Positions 17,277 through 26,990 of a stretch of 64,000 nt of DNA are shown in pieces. The stretch is from an uncultured Chryseobacterium sp. Its GTDB lineage: Bacteria; Bacteroidota; Bacteroidia; UBA10329. The translations under genes were made by a program, and so were the position numbers. Under the pieces are notes generated by a model. That model worked only from the letters and a program-made list of their open reading frames with translations, was not told where the DNA came from and did not search any database. Position 1 is the first letter of the stretch. Each line of letters opens with the position of its first letter. The stretch spans positions 433,000 to 496,999 of the forward strand of contig CAZCNS010000001.1 of the NCBI GenBank assembly GCA_964500205.1, in the 5' to 3' direction.

Positions 17277-18551
17277 ATGCGCGACCTACGACACCTGCTA
17301 TCACTTATCCTGCTGCTACTCGCGCATCCCATGCTGGCACAGGACTCTGCCTACGTGCAGATGTTGCTCAGCGAGCTGTGCAATGATCTGCTGGCGGGCC
17401 GCGGATACGTGGACGATGGGGATGGCGAAGCGGCATTTTTCATCGAAAAACAGTTCAAGGAACTCAACCTCAAAGCCTGGGACTACAACTTCTACCAGAC
17501 GTTTTTCGTTCAGGTCAACTCCTTTCCGGGGAAAATGGAGATGAAGGTCGATGACCGTGCATTGCAGCCCGGCCACGAGTTCCTGATCGCCCCTGATGCG
17601 CCCTCAGTGCAAGGCGATTTTGAGGTGATGCGCCTCGACCGCCTGCCGACCATGGCACCATCGGGCAGGGTCATCGACACTACCCTCCATTTGAAAGGCG
17701 CAGTTATCATAGCAGACAGCCTTGTGCGCCAACTGCCCAGACCTATGCGCCACGAGCTGCTGAAGGGACTGAAGAAGTTCGGTGCAGACCTGCTTGTGCG
17801 CAGCACCGACCAGAAACTCACTTGGCATGTAAGTCCCGACCAGACGGTCATGGCTGAGTTCACAGTGCCCGACAGCATCATCGGCACCCTGCCAAAACGC
17901 ATCAGGGTAAATGCCGAAGCCCGTCTCCTCAAAAAACATCGCACTCAGAATGTGATGGCCTACATTCCCGGCACCTCTGAAACGGACAGTACCATCGTTT
18001 TCACAGCCCACTATGACCACCTTGGCAAGATGGGAAAGGACGCCATCTTCCGAGGTGCCAATGACAATGCCAGCGGTGTCACCATGCTTCTGGCCCTCGC
18101 CAAGCACTATTCCATGCCGGAGAACGCCCCGAGACATAACATCGCCTTCATAGCATTCGCAGCCGAGGAACTGGGACTGATGGGGAGCACCTACTTCGTC
18201 CACAACCCTGTGTTCCCGCTTACTGACATCGTTTTCCTTGTAAACCTCGACATCGTAGGCACGGGCGATGAGGGCATCAAGGTGGTGAATGCCACCGAAT
18301 TCCCGGACCGTTTCGACCGTTTGGTCACGCTTAACACGCACATGCAACTTCTACCCGGTGTCCATCCGCGAGGCAAGGCGGCCATCTCGGACCATCACCC
18401 CTTCACAGAGGCGGGTGTCCGCTGTTTCTACACCTACACACTTGGAGGCTCTGCTGCTTACCACGACCTGAACGACCGCCCCGAAGGGCTTTCCTTGGCG
18501 GGATTCAAAGGGCTTTTCCGTTTGCTTGTCGAATTCGCCAATACCTTCTGA
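17277..18551 (+). CDS. M28 family zinc aminopeptidase, secreted
   Basis: It has a signal peptide (MRDLRHLLSLILLLLAHPMLAQ). M28 metal-site motifs are present (..FTAHYDHLG.., ..NDNASGVTMLLALAK.., ..FIAFAAEELGLMGS..). The ORF-track start at 17157 is upstream of the signal peptide. Confidence 0.8.
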   Translation: MRDLRHLLSLILLLLAHPMLAQDSAYVQMLLSELCNDLLAGRGYVDDGDGEAAFFIEKQFKELNLKAWDYNFYQTFFVQVNSFPGKMEMKVDDRALQPGHEFLIAPDAPSVQGDFEVMRLDRLPTMAPSGRVIDTTLHLKGAVIIADSLVRQLPRPMRHELLKGLKKFGADLLVRSTDQKLTWHVSPDQTVMAEFTVPDSIIGTLPKRIRVNAEARLLKKHRTQNVMAYIPGTSETDSTIVFTAHYDHLGKMGKDAIFRGANDNASGVTMLLALAKHYSMPENAPRHNIAFIAFAAEELGLMGSTYFVHNPVFPLTDIVFLVNLDIVGTGDEGIKVVNATEFPDRFDRLVTLNTHMQLLPGVHPRGKAAISDHHPFTEAGVRCFYTYTLGGSAAYHDLNDRPEGLSLAGFKGLFRLLVEFANTF

Positions 18552-19225
18552 TGGGAACACTCTACATGGTGCCGACCCCTGTGGGCAACCTCAAGGACAT
18601 GACCTTCCGGGCCATTGAGGTGCTGCGCAGCGTGCAGACCATCTTGGCCGAGGACACCCGCGTGACAGGCAACCTCCTGCGGCACTTCGAAATTGACACG
18701 CGGATGACCGCCCTGCACCAGAACAACGAGCACCGCATGGTGGAACGACTGGTGGAACGCATGGCGATGGGCGAGGACATGGCCATGGTGACCGATGCCG
18801 GAACACCGGGCATCTCCGACCCCGGTTTCCTGCTCGTACGTGAGGCTGCGAAAGCCGGGGTCAACATCATCACATTGCCCGGGGCAACGGCCTTTGTGCC
18901 TGCACTGGTCAATTCCGCATTGCCCAGCGATAAGTTCTACTTCGAGGGTTTCCTGCCGCCCAAGAAAGGCCGTGCCACCAGAATTGCGGCCATTTCCGCC
19001 ATGCCCTGCACGGTGGTGCTCTATGAATCTCCTCACAAACTGTTGAAGACCTTGGAGCAGTTGCAGGAGGTTTGCGGCCCGGAGCGGCCTATCAGCGTCT
19101 CGCGCGAGATCTCGAAGATGTACGAGGAGACCGTGCGCGGCACCATTGCTGAGGTGCTGGCCTATTTCACTGAAAATGGCGTGCGGGGTGAGTTTGTGGT
19201 GGTGTTAGGAACTGGTAGCGCATAA
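18551..19225 (+). CDS. rsmI: 16S rRNA (cytidine1402-2'-O)-methyltransferase RsmI
   Basis: It begins GTLYMVPTPVGNLKDMTFRAIEVL.. and continues ILAEDTRVTGNLLRHF, with the tetrapyrrole-methylase fold motif ..DAGTPGISDPG... Its start overlaps the M28 stop by 1 nt. Confidence 0.9.
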   Translation: MGTLYMVPTPVGNLKDMTFRAIEVLRSVQTILAEDTRVTGNLLRHFEIDTRMTALHQNNEHRMVERLVERMAMGEDMAMVTDAGTPGISDPGFLLVREAAKAGVNIITLPGATAFVPALVNSALPSDKFYFEGFLPPKKGRATRIAAISAMPCTVVLYESPHKLLKTLEQLQEVCGPERPISVSREISKMYEETVRGTIAEVLAYFTENGVRGEFVVVLGTGSA

Positions 19226-19259
19226 GACTGTCAGTCCTGAAAATGCCCCTGCCACGTCA

Positions 19260-19997
19260 TTACCAGCCAACAGCTACCTGAACCAACGTCACCAACCCAA
19301 TGAGTAGGATCAGCACCAGCGAGATGCGCTTGAACACCCGCTGCGGCATGAAAGTGAGCAGATAGCGGCCCAGATAGGTGCCCCCAAAACCAATTGAGAA
19401 AAGAAACGGCAGGTAGATGAGGTGTTCCTTCAGAACAAAACCGTTGGCCACATAGACCACCGTGCGGCTGAGGTCGATGGCCAGATCGATGGCCGCAGAG
19501 GTGGCAATGAACACGCTCTTCTCCAGATTGAAGGCCGCCATGGTCAGCCCACGGATGGCCCCACCTGTGCCCAACAGCCCTGCAGCGAAACCCGAAAGGC
19601 TGCCACCAAGGATGCTCTGCAACCGCTTGGGCGGGATGACCAGTTCGCTCTTGATGAGGAACAGCACTGCCAGCGCGATGAGGAAGATGGCCAATGCCAG
19701 TTCCAGCCATGTGGTGGCAAGAAATCGTGTGAGCAACCCACCGATGATGACGAAGATGACGGACGGGATGCCGATGTTGATGAGCAGCGTCCTGTCTATC
19801 CCGTGGCGGAAGAGCGCAATCTTGCTCACGTTGCTGGCCAAGTGAAAGATGGCCGTGATGCCCAGCACCGCATGAAAGTCGAAAAAGAAGTTGGCGAAAG
19901 GCACAAAGAACACCGATGACCCGAAGCCTCCGATAGTGCCCACCACCTCGGCCAGCAGAGCAAGGAGGAGGAACAGGAAGTTGATGGTCTGGAACAT
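19260..19997 (-). CDS. Sulfite exporter TauE/SafE family membrane protein (DUF81)
   Basis: It has 7-8 hydrophobic helices and paired G-rich motifs (..GTIGGFGSS.., ..GFAAGLLGTGGAIRG..) typical of TauE/SafE. The likely start is the internal Met of MFQTINFLFLLLALL at 19997 rather than 20060. Confidence 0.7.
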   Translation of the reverse strand: MFQTINFLFLLLALLAEVVGTIGGFGSSVFFVPFANFFFDFHAVLGITAIFHLASNVSKIALFRHGIDRTLLINIGIPSVIFVIIGGLLTRFLATTWLELALAIFLIALAVLFLIKSELVIPPKRLQSILGGSLSGFAAGLLGTGGAIRGLTMAAFNLEKSVFIATSAAIDLAIDLSRTVVYVANGFVLKEHLIYLPFLFSIGFGGTYLGRYLLTFMPQRVFKRISLVLILLIGLVTLVQVAVGW

Positions 19998-20094
19998 GGT
20001 GTCGGGCTGGGTAAAGGTATCCCTGCCAGCACCGCCAAGAACGACTGTGATGAAAGTCATAGAGCACCCATGGGCACCGACCTACCTTTACCGC

Positions 20095-20481
20095 ATGGAT
20101 TACAAGTGGCTCAGACACATTATGATGTACACGGCAGGTGCTGTCATCGTGCTGCATAGTGTGCTCCCACACCGCCACTCCAGCGAGCTTTCCGCTCAGG
20201 AACACGCAGTTATTCATGAAGAGGCGGAGGGTGTTCTTGGCCTAATTCAGCTGTTACTCCATGACTATGAGCAACTTGCGGAAACCTTCGTCACTCGCGA
20301 GGCCGCAGAGGAGTTCGCACTTCCGGCATTCATTGCGCTGGTTCCATTGGTTGTGCTTTATGCCGACATCCTATTGCTGGATGATCTGGCACAGGAACTG
20401 CCGCTGCCCATTGATGATATGCGACTGGCCCAATTGGGTCATGTCCATGCGTGGGGCGTTCGGCCTCCGCCTGTTGCCTGA
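20095..20481 (+). CDS. Small hypothetical His/Glu-rich protein immediately upstream of the czcA-like pump gene (tentative)
   Basis: It lies in a 500-nt gap otherwise empty of genes. The sequence (..VLHSVLPHRHSSELSAQEHAVIHEEAEGV..LLLHDYEQ..) has a His/Glu-rich patch that could bind metal. There is no recognisable family, and the start was chosen at the first Met after the divergent TauE gene. Confidence 0.25.
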   Translation: MDYKWLRHIMMYTAGAVIVLHSVLPHRHSSELSAQEHAVIHEEAEGVLGLIQLLLHDYEQLAETFVTREAAEEFALPAFIALVPLVVLYADILLLDDLAQELPLPIDDMRLAQLGHVHAWGVRPPPVA

Positions 20482-20563
20482 ATCATTGCGCTCTGCGTGA
20501 GCGCCTTGGCCGTCCGTCTGTTCAGATGGCCTGTTCAGCAACTGTTCATCAATACCTATTCCC

Positions 20564-23500
20564 ATGTTTGAAAAGATCATCGGCTATTCCTTAGCGAATA
20601 AGCTCATGGTGTTTGTCGGGGTCTTTGCCCTCACTGGGGCCGGACTCTACGCCCTCAGCGGCCTGGGCGTGGATGCCGTGCCCGACATCACCAACAATCA
20701 AGTGCAGATTGTGACCACATCGCCCACGCTTGCCGCGCAGGAGGTGGAGCAGTATGTCACCTTTCCCATCGAGGCTGCGATGGCCAACATTCCCGATGTC
20801 ACCGAGGTGCGCAGCATATCGCGCTATGGCCTTTCGGTGGTCACGGTGGTGTTTGATGAAGACGTGGACCTGATGCGCGCCCGGCAGTTCGTGGCGGAGC
20901 AGATCACCCTCGTTTCGGGTGACATTCCCCTGGAACTCGGTTCGCCCGAGATGATGCCCATCACCACCGGGCTGGGCGAGATCTACCAGTATGTGCTGGC
21001 CGTGAAGCCGGGCTACGAAAAGAAGTTCGACATCATGGAACTGCGCACCATTCAGGACTGGATCGTCAAGAGGCAGCTTACGGGAATCCCCGGCATCATC
21101 GAAGTGAGCAGCTTCGGTGGACTGGTGAAACAGTATGAGGTGGCGGTGAACCCCGAACTGATGCTGGCCCGCGACATCACGCTCAACGATGTGCTGGCCG
21201 CCCTCGAACGCAACAATGCCAATAGCGGGGGCAGCTACATTGAACAGGGTGCGAACGCGTTTTACATCCGAACAGAAGGCCGTGCCGAGCATTTTGATGA
21301 CATCCGCAACATCATCATCGAGGTGCAGAACGGTTTCCCGGTGCGGGTGATGGATGTGGCCACCGTGGGTTACGGAAGTCCAAAACGCTATGGTGCCATG
21401 ACCATGGACGGCAAGGGCGAAGTGGTGGGCGGCATCACGCTGATGCTGAAAGGCGGCAACTCCTCACAGGCCATCACCAATGTGAAAGAGCGCATGAAAC
21501 AGGTGGAGAAGGCGCTACCCGAAGGCGTTGAGATATATCCCTACCTCGACCGCTCGGTACTGGTGGGAAAGACCATCGGCACGGTGACCAAAAACCTGAT
21601 CGAGGGCGGCCTCATCGTCATCTTCGTTCTGGTATTGATGTTGGGCAACCTGCGTGCAGGATTCGTGGTGGCCTCGGTCATTCCGTTGGCCATGCTATTC
21701 GCCATCATCATGATGCGCATTTTCGGAGTGTCGGCCAACCTGATGAGTCTCGGTGCCATCGACTTCGGCATCGTGGTCGATGGTGCTGTGATCATCGTGG
21801 AAGGCGTGTTGCATTATCTGCACAAGCACCACAAGGGCATGCAACTGAGCCGCGAACAGATGGACAAGGCGATAGGCACGGCCGCAGGGCAGATCTACCG
21901 TTCGGCAGCCTTCGGGGTGCTCATCATCCTGGTGGTATTCGTGCCCGTTTTCACGTTGGAAGGCGTGGAAGGCAAGACCTTTCTGCCCATGGCGCAGACC
22001 GTGAGTTTCGCCATTCTCGGTTCACTGCTGCTGAGCATTACGTATGTGCCCGTGATGTCGTCCATCCTGCTCAAGCGCAAGGTGACAGACAAGGAGAATT
22101 TCGCTGACCGTATGATGCATCGGGTCACGGATTTCTATGTGCCCGTGCTCCGCACTGCACTGAAGCGTCCGCTGGCCATCATCTCCGCTACCATTTTTCT
22201 ATTTCTATTTTCCATTTTCATCTTCACAAGAATGGGAGCTGAATTCGTGCCAACGCTCGAAGAAGGCGACCTCGCCATGCAGATGAGCATCCCGCCTGGA
22301 AGCTCCCTCAGCCAGAGCATTGCCACTTCAACGGCCATCGAGAAAATCCTAAAGGATGAATTCCCAGAGGTGAACCACGTGGTGAGCAAGATCGGCACGG
22401 CCGAAGTGCCTACCGACCCCATGGCCATCGAGGATGCCGACATCATGATACTGCTCAAGGAACGCGAGGAATGGACCTCGGCCAACAGCCGCGAGGAGCT
22501 TATTGCCAAGATGAAGGACGCCTTGGCCGATGTTCCCAACGTGTCGTTCGAGTTCACCCAGCCCATCCAACTGCGGTTCAATGAGCTGATGACAGGTGCC
22601 AAGACCGACATTGCCATCAAGATCTTCGGGGAAGATGTAGTGGAGCTGAAACACCAGGCCGACCATGCCGCTGCGATCATCCGCGAGGTGCAAGGCGCGG
22701 GCGATGTGAAGGTGGAACAGACAGCAGGTCTACGTCAGCTCACTGTCCGCATGAACCGCCAGCAGATGGCCATGTTCGGCATTAATGTAGAGGACGTAAA
22801 CACTGCTATCCGTGCGGCCTACGCGGGTGAGGTGGTCGGTTCAGTGTATGAGAACGAGCGGAGGTTCGACCTTGTGCTGCGCCACGCGCCCGCCTACCGC
22901 GAAAGCCTCAATCTGAGCCGTGTGTTCGTCCATTCTGCTGATGGAAAGCACATTCCGTTGTCGCAGGTGGCAACGGTCGTTCCCTCCGAAGGACCGATGA
23001 TGATCTCGCGGGAGGATGCCAAGCGCAGGATCTCCATCGGGGTCAACGTGCGCGACCGCGATGTGGCCTCCTTGGTGGGTGAGATAGAGCAGCGTTTGAA
23101 TGCAGAGCTCGATCTTCCTCCGGGCTATTCCATCACCTATGGAGGGCAGTTCGAGAACCTGCAACATGCCACCGCCCGCTTGATAATAGCCGTGCCCGTA
23201 GCGCTGCTGCTCATCCTTTTCCTGCTCTATCTGGCCTTCGATTCGATGCGTGAGGCCCTCATCATCTTCGCAGCGGTGCCGATGGCCGCAGTAGGTGGGA
23301 TATTGGCCTTGGAACTGCGCGGGCTGCCGTTCAGCATTTCGGCAGGCATCGGTTTCATCGCGCTGTTCGGTGTGGCGGTGCTCAACGGACTTGTACTTGT
23401 GAATGAGTTCATCCGACTGCGTGACCGCGATGGCCTCGACCTAAAAGGATTGATTGAGGAAGGTGCACGGGCAAGGCTCCGTCCTGTCCTCACCACGGCC

Positions 23501-24865
23501 ATGGTGGCCTCGTTGGGATTCCTGCCCATGGCCATTTCCACTACCAATGGCGCGGAGGTGCAACGCCCGCTCGCCACGGTGGTCATCGGTGGGCTGGTCA
23601 CCTCCACGCTGCTCACGCTTGTGGTGCTGCCCGCCATTTATTTTCTGGTGGAGAAACGCAGGTACATCCGCCTCAAAGGAGGTGCTGTGGTGGCAATGCT
23701 GCTCCTGTTCTTCGGCTTCAGCATCCCAACTCAGGCACAGGAATCGCTGGGATTGAATGAGCTTGTGCAGAGCGCCCGCACCAACCGCGTGGAGGTCGTT
23801 TCCGCAGGACTGCAACAGCAGCATTGGCAGCAGGAGCGCAAGATGAGTTACACCCTGCCCGACCTTAGTCTGAACGTGCAGTATGGCCAGATCAACTACG
23901 AGAAGGCCGACTACAACGCCAATGTGCATCAGGACCTTGGCAAACCATGGACGGCAGGCACCCACAAGCGATGGGCCGATGCAGGAGCAGCGCAGGCCGC
24001 CAAACAGGGCGAACTGGCCATGCACGATGTGACCTTTCAGGTGCGGAGCGCCTATTACCACTGGCTGTTTGCCAAGGCGGCATTGGCCGAGATGGATTTC
24101 ATCCTTGCCGACCTGAAGCAACTGACGGCCTCGGCCCGGATGCAGCACACCGAGGGCGAGATCAGCAACCTCGACCATCAGAACATCCGCAGCCTCATCA
24201 TCAGCTTCCGCGAATTGGAGCAGAACTACCGAGCCCTTGGGCAGAATGCCGAGCAGACGCTGCGCTACTGGGCCGGCATCGGGCCCGATAAGGCCATCCG
24301 CGACACGGTGTTCCATCGCCTGCCGCTGCTGGCGGTGAATGACAGCCTCAGCCCCGTGTTCCTGGCCGTGTATGCGCAGGAACTGGAGCAGCGCGAACTG
24401 GCCAGGAAGATGACCGCGCAGGAGGCCCTGCCGTCCATCGGGGTGGGCTATTTCAACCAATCGCTCAACCACGTGAACAACTATCAGGGCGCACAGGCAT
24501 CTGTGGCAATACCGCTTTTCCCAAGCGGAAGGCGGCAAAGGATGCAGCAGCAGCAAATCGCCACACAGCAGTTGCAGGCCGAGATGACCGACCGCGACCG
24601 CGCACTCCGCACCGAACTGCAACAGACGGCCGATGCCTATCGCGCCAATGATGCCTTATTCAACGAAATGGGCGCTGACCATGCCGCGCAGATGCGCACG
24701 GCCCGCCAACAGCTCATCGAACAGTTCACCGAAGGGCTCATCTCGCCCTTCGAATTTGCGCAGCAGGCCGAAATGCTTGTGCGTAGCGGCCTCCGCCATC
24801 TGGAGACCATCGACCGGCACGACCAGCTCGTGCTGAAACTCAATTACCTCACTTCTAATAACTGA
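20564..24865 (+). CDS. czcA: CusA/CzcA-family heavy-metal efflux RND permease (about 1-1038) continuing in-frame into a TolC/OEP-like outer-membrane efflux domain (about 1045-1433)
   Basis: The N-terminus (MFEKIIGYSLANKLMVFVGVFALTGAGLYA..DAVPDITNNQVQIVT) and the 12-TM RND architecture match CzcA. After ..VLPAIYFLVEKRRYIRLKGG comes a signal-peptide-like stretch (AVVAMLLLFFGFSIPTQAQ). After that comes an alpha-helical Q/A/R-rich OMF-like region about 390 aa long, with no intervening stop codon. Confidence 0.8.
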   Translation: MFEKIIGYSLANKLMVFVGVFALTGAGLYALSGLGVDAVPDITNNQVQIVTTSPTLAAQEVEQYVTFPIEAAMANIPDVTEVRSISRYGLSVVTVVFDEDVDLMRARQFVAEQITLVSGDIPLELGSPEMMPITTGLGEIYQYVLAVKPGYEKKFDIMELRTIQDWIVKRQLTGIPGIIEVSSFGGLVKQYEVAVNPELMLARDITLNDVLAALERNNANSGGSYIEQGANAFYIRTEGRAEHFDDIRNIIIEVQNGFPVRVMDVATVGYGSPKRYGAMTMDGKGEVVGGITLMLKGGNSSQAITNVKERMKQVEKALPEGVEIYPYLDRSVLVGKTIGTVTKNLIEGGLIVIFVLVLMLGNLRAGFVVASVIPLAMLFAIIMMRIFGVSANLMSLGAIDFGIVVDGAVIIVEGVLHYLHKHHKGMQLSREQMDKAIGTAAGQIYRSAAFGVLIILVVFVPVFTLEGVEGKTFLPMAQTVSFAILGSLLLSITYVPVMSSILLKRKVTDKENFADRMMHRVTDFYVPVLRTALKRPLAIISATIFLFLFSIFIFTRMGAEFVPTLEEGDLAMQMSIPPGSSLSQSIATSTAIEKILKDEFPEVNHVVSKIGTAEVPTDPMAIEDADIMILLKEREEWTSANSREELIAKMKDALADVPNVSFEFTQPIQLRFNELMTGAKTDIAIKIFGEDVVELKHQADHAAAIIREVQGAGDVKVEQTAGLRQLTVRMNRQQMAMFGINVEDVNTAIRAAYAGEVVGSVYENERRFDLVLRHAPAYRESLNLSRVFVHSADGKHIPLSQVATVVPSEGPMMISREDAKRRISIGVNVRDRDVASLVGEIEQRLNAELDLPPGYSITYGGQFENLQHATARLIIAVPVALLLILFLLYLAFDSMREALIIFAAVPMAAVGGILALELRGLPFSISAGIGFIALFGVAVLNGLVLVNEFIRLRDRDGLDLKGLIEEGARARLRPVLTTAMVASLGFLPMAISTTNGAEVQRPLATVVIGGLVTSTLLTLVVLPAIYFLVEKRRYIRLKGGAVVAMLLLFFGFSIPTQAQESLGLNELVQSARTNRVEVVSAGLQQQHWQQERKMSYTLPDLSLNVQYGQINYEKADYNANVHQDLGKPWTAGTHKRWADAGAAQAAKQGELAMHDVTFQVRSAYYHWLFAKAALAEMDFILADLKQLTASARMQHTEGEISNLDHQNIRSLIISFRELEQNYRALGQNAEQTLRYWAGIGPDKAIRDTVFHRLPLLAVNDSLSPVFLAVYAQELEQRELARKMTAQEALPSIGVGYFNQSLNHVNNYQGAQASVAIPLFPSGRRQRMQQQQIATQQLQAEMTDRDRALRTELQQTADAYRANDALFNEMGADHAAQMRTARQQLIEQFTEGLISPFEFAQQAEMLVRSGLRHLETIDRHDQLVLKLNYLTSNN

Positions 24866-24868
24866 ACC

Positions 24869-25729
24869 ATGAAAAGTCACATCATAGCATTCGTCCTTCT
24901 GGCCCAAATTTTTGCAGGTTGCGGCAGTCCTACCTCTGTTGAACCCGTTGCCGAGAAGGAAGCTCCCGACACTTCTTCTATCGTTGCCGAAATGGCCCAA
25001 AGTCCTGCCAATATGGGCATTGAGGCCGTGGGCATCATTGATGTGCCCCCATCATCCAAGGAGATGATCTACGCCCGTACGGATGCCTACGTGCAGAGCA
25101 TCAACGTGCTTGAAGGGCAGGAGGTGCACAAGGGCGAAGTGGTGGCGGTGCTCCAATCGCCCCTTTTCGCACAGTTGCAGCGCGACCTGCAAGAGGCCAA
25201 GGCCGAATTCGACCTCACAGGTTCGGCATTTGACCGCATCTCGAAGCTGAAGACCTCAGCGGCCGTGTCCGACAAGCAATTCGAGCAGGCACGCTATGAG
25301 CACGACCGCGCCAATGCGCGCTATCAGGGGTTGAAGAGCGAGTTGGAGTCCATCGGGTTCAACACGTCTAAACCCTCCCTTTCGGACCGATTGGAGGTGC
25401 GCAGTCCCATTCATGGCGTGGTGACGCAACTGCCTATCAGCAACGGGCAGAAAGTGAGTGCGGACACGCACCTGATGACCCTCATCGACCGCACGCACAT
25501 GCACGTGAAGGTGCAGGTGCCCGCCAATGGCATCGGGCAGTTGGCCATTGGCGACACCTTCAGTTTCAGCAGCATGTCGCTGGCAGACACGCTGCTGGGA
25601 ACCGTTTATCTGGTGAATGATGCCGTGGACATGAGCACTAACACAGTTAAGGTGCATGGCCACTTTCTGCGTGAACAGGAGAACGGACGGATGAAGGTGG
25701 GTGAGCGGGTGTTCGTGCGGTTCAGGTAA
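24869..25729 (+). CDS. Efflux RND periplasmic adaptor (membrane-fusion protein, CzcB/HlyD-like) lipoprotein, short form
   Basis: It has a lipoprotein signal (MKSHIIAFVLLAQIFAGCGS) and a biotin-lipoyl-like hairpin (..EVHKGEVVAVLQSP..). A coiled-coil region and a beta-barrel segment (..VRSPIHGVVTQLPISNGQKVSADTHLMTLID..) follow. At 286 aa it is shorter than typical MFPs. Confidence 0.7.
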   Translation: MKSHIIAFVLLAQIFAGCGSPTSVEPVAEKEAPDTSSIVAEMAQSPANMGIEAVGIIDVPPSSKEMIYARTDAYVQSINVLEGQEVHKGEVVAVLQSPLFAQLQRDLQEAKAEFDLTGSAFDRISKLKTSAAVSDKQFEQARYEHDRANARYQGLKSELESIGFNTSKPSLSDRLEVRSPIHGVVTQLPISNGQKVSADTHLMTLIDRTHMHVKVQVPANGIGQLAIGDTFSFSSMSLADTLLGTVYLVNDAVDMSTNTVKVHGHFLREQENGRMKVGERVFVRFR

Positions 25730-25781
25730 CCGTCACTTTGGAATGGGCAGAGTAACTTTCCCCGCCAAAGCCGTCACTGCC

Positions 25782-26936
25782 ATGCCGCACCTCTCCGAGT
25801 GTTTCTCCATAGCCGACCTCCGCGCCCTTGCGCAGCACAAACTGCCCCCTGTGATGTTCGATTTCCTCAGGGGCGGGGCCGAGGAGGAACTCACCCTGCG
25901 CTGGAACCGCAATGCCTTCGCCCAATGGGAGTTCGTGCCGCGCGTGCTACGCAATGTGGAGCACATCGACCTCAGCACCACCGTGCAGGGCGTGAAGGTG
26001 GGCCTGCCCATCATCGCGGCACCCACGGGCATGTCGCGGATGTTCCACTACATGGGCGAGAGGGCCGTGGTGAAAGCCGCCCATGCCGCAGGGTCGGCCT
26101 ATTCGCTCAGCACGGTGTCCACGGTGTCCATTGAGGATGTGGCGACCGAGTCGCAGGGGCCGAAGTTCTTCCAGATCTACGCCTGGCACGACCGCAAGAT
26201 GGTCTCCGACTTCATTGAAAGGAGCAGGAAGAGCGGCTACGATGGGCTGATGCTGGCGGTGGACCTGCCTGCCCTCGGCAAGCGTGAGCGCGACCTGCGC
26301 AACGGCCACGGACGGCCCGCTGTGCTGCGGAGGAACACCGCCCTCGGTGCGCTCACCCGCCCGCAGTGGCTCTACCGTTTCCTCACCTCGCCCAAGTGGC
26401 GCATGGCCAACATGACCGAACACCTGCCCCACGGTGCCGATGCGCTCAAGGTCATCGACACCGTCAACGCGCAGTTCGACCCCACGGTGGACTGGCAGCG
26501 GGCCGAGGAGATGATGGCCCAGTGGGGCGGCAAGTTCATGCTCAAAGGCATCCAGTGCGTGGACGATGCCATCCTCGCGGCCGACATGGGCGCATCGGGC
26601 ATCATCATCAGCAACCACGGGGGCAGGCAGTTGGACGGCTCCCCTTCCACCCTATCGCTGCTGCCCGAGATCGTGGCCGCAGTGGGCCACCGCACCGAGG
26701 TGCTGCTGGACGGGGGCATCGAGCGCGGTTCGGATGTGGTGAAGGCCCTTGCCCTCGGTGCCAAGGGCGTGCTCATCGGCAAGGCATATCTGTTCGGCCT
26801 CGCAGCGGGCGGTGAGGAGGGCGTGGCCCGCACCTACGCCATCCTGCGCGATGAGATGGAGCGCGTCATGCGGCTCATCGGGGTGAGCTCGGTGAGTGAG
26901 CTGCGGCCGGAGCATGTGAGGAGGGTGGGCAAGTGA
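25782..26936 (+). CDS. FMN-dependent alpha-hydroxy-acid oxidase/dehydrogenase (L-lactate dehydrogenase / glycolate oxidase family)
   Basis: It has a TIM-barrel FMN-binding pattern (..LPIIAAPTG.., ..KFFQIYAW.., ..IIISNHGGRQLDGSPSTL.., ..LLDGGIERGSDVVKALALGAKGVLIGKAYL..). The ORF-track start at 25701 adds a Cys/Gly-rich leader; the start more likely lies at MPHLSECFSIADLRALAQ. Confidence 0.8.
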   Translation: MPHLSECFSIADLRALAQHKLPPVMFDFLRGGAEEELTLRWNRNAFAQWEFVPRVLRNVEHIDLSTTVQGVKVGLPIIAAPTGMSRMFHYMGERAVVKAAHAAGSAYSLSTVSTVSIEDVATESQGPKFFQIYAWHDRKMVSDFIERSRKSGYDGLMLAVDLPALGKRERDLRNGHGRPAVLRRNTALGALTRPQWLYRFLTSPKWRMANMTEHLPHGADALKVIDTVNAQFDPTVDWQRAEEMMAQWGGKFMLKGIQCVDDAILAADMGASGIIISNHGGRQLDGSPSTLSLLPEIVAAVGHRTEVLLDGGIERGSDVVKALALGAKGVLIGKAYLFGLAAGGEEGVARTYAILRDEMERVMRLIGVSSVSELRPEHVRRVGK

Positions 26937-26990
26937 GTCCTTCACTGCAAGCATATTCCACATCCCTTATCTTTGTCTGGCACTTCGGCC

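Noticed and set aside
19231-20217. 328-aa ORF on the minus strand, His/Pro/Gly/Arg-rich
   Set aside because: It overlaps the TauE/SafE membrane-protein gene almost completely in another frame. It has a low-complexity composition and no motifs, and is typical of spurious ORFs in GC-rich DNA.
23441-24622. 393-aa minus-strand ORF inside the OMF-like part of the fused pump gene
   Set aside because: It is antisense to a strongly supported coding region and has an Arg/His/Gly/Leu-rich composition, a high-GC artefact. The same applies to the many 60-230-aa antisense ORFs between 25.7 and 27.0 kb and between 34.1 and 35.3 kb.
20564-24865. Treating the RND/OMF fusion simply as two mis-joined genes
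   Set aside because: There is no in-frame stop codon between the two parts, so in the given sequence it is a single frame. The artefact possibility is retained as a caveat in the finding rather than as a feature split.
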